From: Clostridia bacterium
GTDB taxonomy: Bacteria > Bacillota > Clostridia > UBA1212
DNA: 57,023 nucleotides
Direction: 5' to 3'
Assembly (NCBI GenBank): GCA_017959965.1
Contig: JAGCZO010000014.1
Location: 1 to 57,023, forward strand
Program-made: the position numbers and the translations under genes
Notes under the pieces: generated by a model
What the model saw: only the letters and a program-made list of their open reading frames with translations
Database searches by the model: none
What the model was told of the DNA's origin: nothing
Shown here: one piece after another, positions 1 to 7,119 of the stretch
Layout of the letters: the number at the start of each line of letters is the position of its first letter
How positions within the stretch are numbered: position 1 is the stretch's first letter

Positions 1-306
1 CACTTTTGACCCCCACCGACGATGAAGAAAACAACGACAAAGATCTAAAAAGTGATGCACCCTGTCGGGAAATCCCACCATTCCTGCGGCTTCGCCGTTG
101 TCGTGGTATGCGCCACACAGGAATAGTTGGTATAGCCCTTACGGGGTGTGTCAGCACACAGCAGCTGCTGTCGCAGCTGCCGGCAAGCAGGGAAAAAATA
201 TATATTTTTCCCGCCGCAAGCCGCCCCGTCGTCTCGCACTCAGGTGACGTTCCGTCCCCTGAAACCCCTCGTCACATAAATGTTAAAAAAAAATCGCCAA
301 TTGCTA

Positions 307-335
307 TTGACATTATCACGGTTTGCCGTTATAAT
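307..335 (+). promoter_or_regulatory. sigma-70-type promoter for the HTH gene
   Basis: TTGACA at 307-312, a 17-nt spacer, then TATAAT at 330-335. It lies 22 nt upstream of the ATG at 358. Confidence 0.6.
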
Positions 336-357
336 ATCATCAAGGCAGGTGAATACT

Positions 358-927
358 ATGAACATCAATGAAATCATAAATGAAAAGCATTTATCAAAAT
401 ACCGTTTAGCTAAGAGCAGCGGTATCCCTTATATGACGCTGAATGATATTTGTAACGGCAAAACACGGCTCGACAAATGCAGCGCCGATACGGTGTATAA
501 GCTGGCAAAGGAGCTGGACGTAACAATGGAAGAATTATTGGAGCCTGTAATGGCGCCGCGCCCGGCGTTCGATCTGTTCAAGAGCAACGTCTGCCAAAAA
601 CTGAAGGACCTCGGCGATATCGACTTCCTGATCGAGACCATTGAAAGCGACGAGATCACGACCTACTACAAAAGAGCATGGTATCCCGAGTGCCTGTACC
701 TGCTTGCCATGGTAGATTATATCAGCCGGGTAAACGACGTGCCGCTATGCAGTGCTTACAGCGAGCTTCGAAAAGCAAAACTGAGGCGCGTTTTGTATCC
801 TTCGAGTATCATTACCGCGGCGGCAGTATCCGGCGACAACAAAATTAAGGAACGGGCAACGGAAGCGTCCATCCCGGAATTTATGCGATTCAACATCGTA
901 GAAAGCGAGATCAGAAATGTCAACTGA
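358..927 (+). CDS. XRE-family helix-turn-helix protein with an uncharacterised C-terminal domain (189 aa)
   Basis: The N-terminus MNINEIINEKHLSKYRLAKSSGIPYMTLNDICNGKTRL...VYKLAKELDVTMEELLEP is a typical HTH_3/XRE fold. The start was moved to ATG 358, which follows an AGG-rich RBS. The upstream part of ORF 280..927 overlaps the promoter. Confidence 0.75.
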   Translation: MNINEIINEKHLSKYRLAKSSGIPYMTLNDICNGKTRLDKCSADTVYKLAKELDVTMEELLEPVMAPRPAFDLFKSNVCQKLKDLGDIDFLIETIESDEITTYYKRAWYPECLYLLAMVDYISRVNDVPLCSAYSELRKAKLRRVLYPSSIITAAAVSGDNKIKERATEASIPEFMRFNIVESEIRNVN

Positions 928-951
928 AAACACCAACGTCTTCAAAAAAGA

Positions 952-1203
952 TTACACGGTTTGTTTTTTGAACGAAACATAGTACAGATCTGCATTCTTG
1001 TAGAATAACGCCAAGGGCTCTGAACAAACATGTTGTTTATAAACATCCATTTCTAAAAAAACTCTGTCTCCACAGCACAAATCCGTGTTCTCGTCAAAGT
1101 CTATTCCATCATATCCTTCTTTATTATCAAACGACTGATGGTCTTCGATAAATATCTTATAGCTCCTGATCCAGCATTTATTAAAATTCAAAGCTTTATT
1201 CAT
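952..1203 (-). CDS. hypothetical small protein (83 aa), convergent with the HTH gene
   Basis: Taken from ORF 952..1245, with the internal ATG at 1203 preceded by AAGG. I recognise no family. It is AT-richer than the flanks. Confidence 0.35.
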   Translation of the reverse strand: MNKALNFNKCWIRSYKIFIEDHQSFDNKEGYDGIDFDENTDLCCGDRVFLEMDVYKQHVCSEPLALFYKNADLYYVSFKKQTV

Positions 1204-1397
1204 ACGGACCTTATATGATTTTACCTTGGTGAAACAAAGCGGCACAGGAAGCTATCAAAGCCACTAATACTTTTCCATACCAGTCCACTTGTGGTCAAGT
1301 GCTAAATTTAGTGATTTTCTGTACTATTTCCAAGTCTTAAGCTGCAGCATTTGAACTTGCGCCCCCCGTGAGGTTGGGGGCAACTTGTTCACGCTGA

Positions 1398-1437
1398 TCC
1401 GACGATTGGCCGGATTTTACTCCGATAGTTGGCCGGA
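1398..1437 (+). repeat. two 17-nt direct repeats, 23 bp apart
   Basis: tccgacgattggccgga at 1398-1414 and tccgatagttggccgga at 1421-1437. Confidence 0.8.
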
Positions 1438-1470
1438 AATATCTTCGGCCGCTATGTCAAGAGTGTCCCC

Positions 1471-1495
1471 TTGAGGTTCCAAATTGGAACCTCAA
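1471..1495. repeat. perfect 25-nt palindrome (12-bp arms)
   Basis: ttgaggttccaa-a-ttggaacctcaa. No U-tract follows on either strand, so it does not look like a classic terminator. Confidence 0.9.
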
Positions 1496-1506
1496 AAAAC
1501 GTTCAA

Positions 1507-1605
1507 CCCCAAAAATATGCATTTTTTCCGTTTTTGATACCCCAATTTTATGCATTTTTCTCTTGCAGACAACCCCAATTTTATGTATACTGTCCTTGAA
1601 CGCTA
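1507..1605 (+). repeat. three direct repeats with exact 33-bp phasing
   Basis: Core CCCCAAwwwTATGyAT. The CCCC starts fall at 1507, 1540 and 1573: ccccaaaaatatgcat, ccccaattttatgcat, ccccaattttatgtat. The third copy overlaps the -10 of the downstream promoter. Confidence 0.75.
1563..1591 (+). promoter_or_regulatory. candidate promoter of the DUF4143 ATPase gene
   Basis: TTGCAG at 1563-1568, a 17-nt spacer, then TATACT at 1586-1591. Confidence 0.45.
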
Positions 1606-1625
1606 AAAGGAGGCCTCTTGTCGCC

Positions 1626-2957
1626 ATGTTGAAACGTAAAATCTATAGTCACCTTCTTGACTGGAAAAACAGCAGAAAGCAGAAGCAAATCAAAAAAAGT
1701 CTGCTTATAAAGGGCGCCCGTCAGGTTGGCAAGTCATTCATAATAAAAGAATTTGGCAGGAACGAGTACAAATCATTTGTCTGCATCGATTTTTACCGTG
1801 AACCGGCACTAAAGTCCATCTTTGACGGCGATCTGACTTCTGAGGAAATTCTCAAAAAAATTACGGCAAATATCAGGAATTTCAGCTTGGTTCCGGGAGA
1901 AACATTAATTTTCCTTGACGAGATTCAGCGTTGCGGAAATGCGCGCACCGCAATAAAATTTCTAGCGGAAGATATGCGATTTGACGTCATTTCATCCGGA
2001 TCGCTTATGGGGTTAACGTATGGGGAGGACGACGATGACGGAGTGGAAATTCCGGAATCTGTTCCCGTTGGTTATGAGTCTCAGATCACAATGTATTCTT
2101 TGGATTTTGAAGAGTTCCTGTGGGCGTACGGTTATGATGACGCTGCGATCTCTGTGCTCCGCTCTTACTTCGAATCCGGCGAGACTGTTCCAGAGAGCAT
2201 ACATAACAGATTCGAGTCTCTGTTTCGCGAGTATATGGTCGTGGGAGGAATGCCGGAAGCGGTTGCGGATTTTGTCGTAAACAAGGATTTCAACCGCGTT
2301 AACAAAATACAGAGCGATATTATTGCCGAATACAAAGATGACATTTCAAAACACGCCAAAGGTAATGAAAAACAGTACGTACGCATGTGCTATGACGCCG
2401 TTCCGAAGCAGTTGGCAAAAGAACTGAAAAAGTTTCAGTATTCCTCAGTCGAAAAAGGCCAGACCCGCAGAAAGTTTGGCGGAAGTGTACAGTGGCTGAA
2501 GGATTCTGAAATAGTAAACGCATGCTATAACATATCGGAACCGTATCTTCCCCTGATGGCAAACGCCAAAGACGATCAGTTTAAACTGTATATCAACGAC
2601 ACCGGATTGCTGCTCTGCATGTACGGCTTCGAGACAAAACTTGCCGTCCTGAACAATACGATAAAAGGCAACGCAAGAGGCGGCATATACGAAAACGTAA
2701 TTGCCGAGTGCCTTCTTAAACGCGGCTACACTTTGTACTACTTCAAGCCGGACAGTGAACACGAAATCGAATTTCTTATCGAGAAGAACGGGGATGTGAT
2801 ACCCGTTGAAGTTAAGGCCGGAAACAATTCAACTCCCTCGCTGAATGATTTCATAAACAAATTCAGTCCGGCGGTTGCATACAAACTGACCGGAGGGAAA
2901 AACGGTGTGTCCGGCGTTAAATCAACTTTACCCCACTATTTTGTGATGTTTATGTGA
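1626..2957 (+). CDS. AAA+ ATPase, AAA_14/DUF4143 family
   Basis: The N-terminus MLKRKIYSHLLDWKNS...LLIKGARQVGKSF carries a Walker A motif, and FLDEIQ is a Walker B motif. The C-terminal region (...EIEFLIEKNGDVIPVEVKAG) is typical of DUF4143 proteins. The RBS AAAGGAGG lies upstream of ATG 1626. Confidence 0.85.
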   Translation: MLKRKIYSHLLDWKNSRKQKQIKKSLLIKGARQVGKSFIIKEFGRNEYKSFVCIDFYREPALKSIFDGDLTSEEILKKITANIRNFSLVPGETLIFLDEIQRCGNARTAIKFLAEDMRFDVISSGSLMGLTYGEDDDDGVEIPESVPVGYESQITMYSLDFEEFLWAYGYDDAAISVLRSYFESGETVPESIHNRFESLFREYMVVGGMPEAVADFVVNKDFNRVNKIQSDIIAEYKDDISKHAKGNEKQYVRMCYDAVPKQLAKELKKFQYSSVEKGQTRRKFGGSVQWLKDSEIVNACYNISEPYLPLMANAKDDQFKLYINDTGLLLCMYGFETKLAVLNNTIKGNARGGIYENVIAECLLKRGYTLYYFKPDSEHEIEFLIEKNGDVIPVEVKAGNNSTPSLNDFINKFSPAVAYKLTGGKNGVSGVKSTLPHYFVMFM

Positions 2958-2990
2958 AGTTGCCGTTCACATATCTGTGCTCATTGCACG

Positions 2991-3230
2991 ATGGAAAGTT
3001 TCGTCAAAAATATTGAGGTTAAGCAACTGACCACAAATCAAGATTTAATTGCTGTCCTAGAAAAGCTTGGTGATGCGTCGATTATCCTGATGGGTGATAC
3101 ATACCAAATAGAGGCCATCGGTTATGGCAATTGGTTTTCCATTATAAAAAAGATTTTGCCAGAATACTGTTGTCACGAACTTACCACCCCCGTTAGAAGC
3201 AAGATCAGTATTCATAAAACCTATGGGATG
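2991..3230 (+). pseudogene. fragment of an SF1 (RecD/AAA_30-like) helicase
   Basis: Only about 80 codons resemble a helicase core (ASIILMGDTYQIEAIGYGNWF..., ELTTPVRS). There is no Walker A region. The ORF runs out into tRNA-like sequence. Confidence 0.5.
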
Positions 3231-3264
3231 AGGTTCGAAACATATCTGACGATTTTGCGGGGGC

Positions 3265-3285
3265 CTCGGGTTCGAATCCCACGCT
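3265..3285 (+). repeat. tRNA T-arm-like fragment, copy A of a 21-nt direct repeat
   Basis: ctcgggttcgaatcccacgct is identical to 3419-3439. It contains GGTTCGAATCC, but no complete tRNA can be folded around it. Confidence 0.8.
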
Positions 3286-3298
3286 AATCTTCTCTAAC

Positions 3299-3314
3299 GA
3301 CCTAGTGGGATTCG
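3299..3314 (-). repeat. 16-nt duplicate of the 3' part of tRNA-Ala (att-like scar)
   Basis: gacctagtgggattcg at 3299-3314 equals 3489-3504 inside the tRNA-Ala gene. Confidence 0.75.
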
Positions 3315-3378
3315 CCCGTCTGCTGCGCTTTGCTTGCATCCGGCGCTGCTCGAGCATAGCTCTTCGCGATCTCGGCTA

Positions 3379-3403
3379 CAAATCATCCACCGGATGATTT
3401 GTT
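3379..3403 (+). other. perfect 11-bp stem hairpin
   Basis: acaaatcatcc-acc-ggatgatttgt followed by tttta. It is terminator-like on the + strand. Confidence 0.5.
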
Positions 3404-3418
3404 TTACGCCTCGACCCT

Positions 3419-3439
3419 CTCGGGTTCGAATCCCACGCT
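3419..3439 (+). repeat. tRNA T-arm-like fragment, copy B of the 21-nt direct repeat
   Basis: ctcgggttcgaatcccacgct is identical to 3265-3285. Confidence 0.8.
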
Positions 3440-3447
3440 TTGTATCA

Positions 3448-3486
3448 CCACGAAAAAAGACCCCTCGAAGGAGTCTTTTTTCGTGG
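3448..3486. terminator. bidirectional intrinsic terminator hairpin (14-bp stem) abutting the tRNA-Ala 3' end
   Basis: ccacgaaaaaagac / gtcttttttcgtgg, with A/T runs on both sides. Confidence 0.7.
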
Positions 3487-3559
3487 TGGACCTAGTGGGA
3501 TTCGAACCCATGACCTCTGCGTTGCGAACGCAGCGCTCTCCCAACTGAGCTATAGGCCC
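3484..3559 (-). tRNA. tRNA-Ala (anticodon CGC), 76 nt with encoded CCA
   Basis: The reverse complement is GGGCCTATAGCTCAGTTGGGAGAGCGCTGCGTTCGCAACGCAGAGGTCATGGGTTCGAATCCCACTAGGTCCACCA. It folds as a cloverleaf with the G3:U70 alanine identity pair and anticodon loop TTCGCAA. There is one A:C mismatch at the base of the T stem. Confidence 0.95.
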
Positions 3560-3600
3560 GTTTATGGTTTTTCTGCCCCGGGTCTTGCGGGGCGGATGAG

Positions 3601-3629
3601 ATACTACCATATTTTCGGGAGCGTGTCAA
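3601..3629 (-). promoter_or_regulatory. promoter of tRNA-Ala
   Basis: On the minus strand: TTGACA (3629-3624), a 17-nt spacer, then TAGTAT (3606-3601). Confidence 0.55.
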
Positions 3630-3736
3630 CATAAAATTGCTCCGGCGAGGCTTTTGGTGGTTATTGGCGGTTATTGTGGAAAAGAGGGCGGTTCAGTGAT
3701 AGAATTGCATTGAAGCTTCTAAGGAGCGTGTTGCGG

Positions 3737-4942
3737 ATGAACATTGCGGTTGTTTGCGAATTGAATCCTCTTCACAACGGTCACGCGGCGATCTTTGATT
3801 TTGCTAAGACGCTGGGGGGCGGCCGCAATAACGTTATTGCGGTCATGAGCGGCAACTATACCCAGCGGGGCGAGCCGGCCATTGTCGATAAGTGGAGCCG
3901 GGCAAGGATGGCTGTCATGTGCGGCGCGGATATGGTGATCGAGATCCCTTCGGTCTATGCGCAGCAGAGCGCCCAGTTTTTTGCGGATGCGGCGGTCGAC
4001 GTTATGTGCCGGTCCGGGATCTGCGACGCGCTGGTTTTCGGCAGTGAATGCGGCGACGTTGGCTTTTTGGATAGTCTTGCGGAGAAGAAGCTTGGCGGTG
4101 AGTTCTCTTTGTCCCTCAAAGAACTTCTGGACGGCGGGCTTTCCTATCCAAGGGCAATTGCCGACGTTTACGGTTGTGCGCTTGGGGCCAATGACATTCT
4201 CGGTGTCGAGTATCTGGCAGCTTTGAAGAAGCGGGGCGCAGAGGCAAAGGTTTTCGCAATGAAGCGTGTCGGAGGCGCCAATCACAAAGAGACAGAGGTT
4301 CCCATTGATGGGGAAGGCATTGCCAGTGCCGCGGCTATAAGAAGCGCCGTCAGAAGCGGAGCGGCGGGCCTCGGGGCCGTTGAAAAACTGATGCCGGAGG
4401 AGGCTTTTGAGCTGTTCAGGCAGCTTGTGGAGGCCGGAAAATACGTCCCGTCAATGAGCGCATACAACGCCCTTATTATCGGAAAATTGCGGGAAATCGG
4501 TGCAGACGGAATTGGGTCTTTTCCTTTTGCCTCGGGAGGTCTTGCGGAATGTATATACAAAGCCGCCTGCGAAACGGCGGACGTTGATGAGCTTGTCGCG
4601 AAGGCCACCGGCAAGAACTTTACTTCGGGAAGGATCAGAAGGACGATCCTTTCGACGCTTACCGGAGCCAGGATGGATATGCTGGGAGATATTATTTCCG
4701 TGCCCTACGTGAGAGTTCTTGCGGTCTCAAAGGATAAAGGTGATCTGCTTTCCGGGCTTTACAAAAACGGCGCGGCGGTGATCGCCGGAAACGTTCCGAA
4801 GGATTTCCGGGAAAAATTCCCTGAAAAAGCCGCGAGACTGCTCTCCTGCGAGATCACGGCAACGGACTATTACCCGATAGGCATGAAAAGCCCCAACGAG
4901 CCCGCACGGAGGGAGCTGACGGTGCCACTTCTGAGGCTCTGA
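3737..4942 (+). CDS. tmcAL: tRNA(Met) cytidine acetate ligase-like nucleotidyltransferase (YlbM/UPF0348 family)
   Basis: The N-terminus MNIAVVCELNPLHNGHAAIF carries an HxGH-type motif and the length is about 400 aa. The RBS AAGGAG is at 3721-3726. Confidence 0.75.
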   Translation: MNIAVVCELNPLHNGHAAIFDFAKTLGGGRNNVIAVMSGNYTQRGEPAIVDKWSRARMAVMCGADMVIEIPSVYAQQSAQFFADAAVDVMCRSGICDALVFGSECGDVGFLDSLAEKKLGGEFSLSLKELLDGGLSYPRAIADVYGCALGANDILGVEYLAALKKRGAEAKVFAMKRVGGANHKETEVPIDGEGIASAAAIRSAVRSGAAGLGAVEKLMPEEAFELFRQLVEAGKYVPSMSAYNALIIGKLREIGADGIGSFPFASGGLAECIYKAACETADVDELVAKATGKNFTSGRIRRTILSTLTGARMDMLGDIISVPYVRVLAVSKDKGDLLSGLYKNGAAVIAGNVPKDFREKFPEKAARLLSCEITATDYYPIGMKSPNEPARRELTVPLLRL

Positions 4943-4961
4943 AAACAGTTAATATTCGTTC

Positions 4962-4998
4962 AAAAAAGCTTGTCCCGGGTCCCGGGGCAAGCTTTTTT
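4962..4998. terminator. bidirectional intrinsic terminator between convergent genes
   Basis: aaaaaagcttg...caagctttttt with a GC-rich inner stem. Confidence 0.75.
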
Positions 4999-5020
4999 CG
5001 TTTTATGTTGGAGTGTGCTT

Positions 5021-6001
5021 TTACCTTTCCTCGCGGAAGTAGGAGAGGCCCAGGCTTCCGGGCGGCAGGTTTTCCCTCTTCTTTCTCGCGCTCACCGTCA
5101 CAAGCACCACTATCGTAACGAAATACGGAAGCATGTTGATGACTTCCTTCATTGCCGGTGTGAGGCCGGGGATGAACACACTGAGGATGTAAAGACCGCC
5201 GAACAGGAACGCGCTGGGAATAGCGAGGTACGGTCTCCAAATTGCGAAGATAACGATGGCGATCGCGAGCCAGCCTCTGTCGCCGAAGCCGTTGTTTGTC
5301 CATGCGCCGTCGGTGAAATCCATGACCCAGTAAAGTCCGCCAAGGCCCGCGATCATGCCGCCGAGGCAGGTTGCGAAATACTTGTACCCGGTCACGTTGA
5401 TGCCGGCCGCGTCTGCCGTGGCGGGGTTCTCGCCGACCGCCTTGAGATTCAGCCCGACCCTTGTTTTATTGAGCACGATCCCAGCCGCTATTGCGATTAT
5501 TACCGCTAAATATGCGAGAAAACCATAGGAGAAGAACAGCTCCCCGACCGGCCCCAGGGAGTGGGCAAAGGGCAGCGTGGTCCTGAAAGCCTTTCCCGTT
5601 GCCTGGAGAGCAATGGAACCTGTCTCACCGAACATCGCAAGAAGTGAGCCGCCGAAGAAGTTTCCGACGCCCACGCCGAAGGTGGTAAGGGCAAGTCCCG
5701 TTACGTTCTGGTTCGCTCTCAGCGTGATCGTGAGGAAGCTGTAAATGAGGGCCATAAGAAGGGACCCCAGCAGCGAGGAGAGGAGCGGAATAAGAATAAG
5801 CAGAATTCCTATTGGCGTGTCCGTGGACCGCTCGTACAAGTAACCGCCTATAATTCCGGAAATTCCGCCGACGTACATGATCCCCGGGATACCGAGGTTG
5901 AGGTTGCCGCTCTTTTCGGTGATTATCTCGCCTGTGGCGCCGTAAAGCAGCGGAATGCCCTGAACTATTGCCGCGATAAGGATCTGAATAAGCTTGCTCA
6001 T
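5021..6001 (-). CDS. ABC transporter permease (BMP/nucleoside uptake type, YufQ/NupQ-like)
   Basis: A multi-pass hydrophobic protein. It is the last gene of the SBP-ATPase-permease-permease operon and overlaps the upstream permease by 4 nt. Confidence 0.9.
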   Translation of the reverse strand: MSKLIQILIAAIVQGIPLLYGATGEIITEKSGNLNLGIPGIMYVGGISGIIGGYLYERSTDTPIGILLILIPLLSSLLGSLLMALIYSFLTITLRANQNVTGLALTTFGVGVGNFFGGSLLAMFGETGSIALQATGKAFRTTLPFAHSLGPVGELFFSYGFLAYLAVIIAIAAGIVLNKTRVGLNLKAVGENPATADAAGINVTGYKYFATCLGGMIAGLGGLYWVMDFTDGAWTNNGFGDRGWLAIAIVIFAIWRPYLAIPSAFLFGGLYILSVFIPGLTPAMKEVINMLPYFVTIVVLVTVSARKKRENLPPGSLGLSYFREER

Positions 6002-7119
6002 TTCACCGCCTCCTTACCCGAAGAACGGAAGTTGATCTTGTATCTGATGAAAAACTCGCATCCGATTATGAAAAAGATGATTATTCCGGTGATGATCTCG
6101 CCAATGCTCTCGCTGAGCCTGCACTCCATCGCAATGCTGCTGGCGCCCTTGTCGAGGAAGACCAGCAGGAAGGAGGTCGCCACCATGATCGCCGGGTTGA
6201 ACTTGGCAAGCCACGATACCATGATCGCGGTGAAGCCCATGCCGCCGGCAAGTTCCTTGGTTATGGTGTGGCTGGCACCCGACACAAGGAGGAAGCCCGC
6301 AAAGCCGCAGAGAGCTCCGGAGATGGCCATTGTCCTGATAATGACCTTTTTGACGTTGATCCCAATGTATCTTGCGGTGTTTTCGCTCTCGCCCACCACC
6401 GAAATCTCGTATCCGTGTTTGCTGTACTTCAGGTAAATGAAAATGAAGACCGTGAGGAGCGCCACGAATATGATGTTAAGAATGTATTTCTGGCCGAAAA
6501 GCTCAGGCATCCAGCCCAGTTCGTTGTTATTGTTTATAACGCCCATGACGCCGGAGCCGTTGGTGGCCCAGCTGGCGATACAGATCTGAATTATCTGCAT
6601 TGCCACGTAGTTCATCATCAGCGTGAACAGCGTCTCGTTGGTGTTCCAGATCGCCTTGAAAATAGCCGGTATGACCGCCCAGATAAGGCCTACGATCAGC
6701 GAACAAACAAACATGAGCGGGATCAGCACCGCGTTGGGGATACCGGTGCCGCCAAGGTAATACATGAGCGTCGCGGAAGCCAGCGCCCCCATAAGAACCT
6801 GTCCTTCAGCGCCGATGTTCCAGAATTTCATTCTGAACGCAGGGGTTACCGCAAGTGAGATGCATAGGAGCATTGCCACGTCCTGGATCATATTCAGCGC
6901 TTTACGGGGCGTTCCGAAGCTGCCGTTGAACATTGCGGAGAGCACCTGAGCAGGATTTCTCTTGGTGAGTATCATGACCAGTATGGATGAGACCACAAGC
7001 GCGATCACCACCGCTGCGGCCCTGACGAGGATCGCCTTCCAGAGAGGCATCACGTCTCTTTTGGTTATATGTATCAGAGGTTCTCTTTTCGATTTGACGT
7101 GCTGTTGTTCTTCCATCAC
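5998..7119 (-). CDS. ABC transporter permease (YufP/NupP-like)
   Basis: A multi-pass membrane protein, translationally coupled to its neighbours by 4-nt overlaps on both sides. Confidence 0.9.
   Translation of the reverse strand: MMEEQQHVKSKREPLIHITKRDVMPLWKAILVRAAAVVIALVVSSILVMILTKRNPAQVLSAMFNGSFGTPRKALNMIQDVAMLLCISLAVTPAFRMKFWNIGAEGQVLMGALASATLMYYLGGTGIPNAVLIPLMFVCSLIVGLIWAVIPAIFKAIWNTNETLFTLMMNYVAMQIIQICIASWATNGSGVMGVINNNNELGWMPELFGQKYILNIIFVALLTVFIFIYLKYSKHGYEISVVGESENTARYIGINVKKVIIRTMAISGALCGFAGFLLVSGASHTITKELAGGMGFTAIMVSWLAKFNPAIMVATSFLLVFLDKGASSIAMECRLSESIGEIITGIIIFFIIGCEFFIRYKINFRSSGKEAVK

Noticed and set aside
6-371. A 121-aa ORF at the window start, and ORF 45..239 (-).
   Set aside because: There is no RBS and no recognisable domain. 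The region contains hairpins (for example GGGAAAAA-atatata-TTTTTCCC at 191-213) and the promoter of the HTH gene. It is treated as non-coding.
3404-3460. A possible + strand tRNA or tmRNA 3' end ending ...GGGTTCGAATCCCACGCTTTGTATCACCA.
   Set aside because: The 5' half of the T stem does not pair. No acceptor-stem partner or D or anticodon arms can be found upstream, and the CCA is out of register. It is interpreted as a fragment.
3404-3634. ORFs 3404..3610 (-) and 3440..3634 (+).
   Set aside because: Both are read through the tRNA-Ala gene and its terminator (translation ...AQLGERCVRNAEV...). They are not coding.
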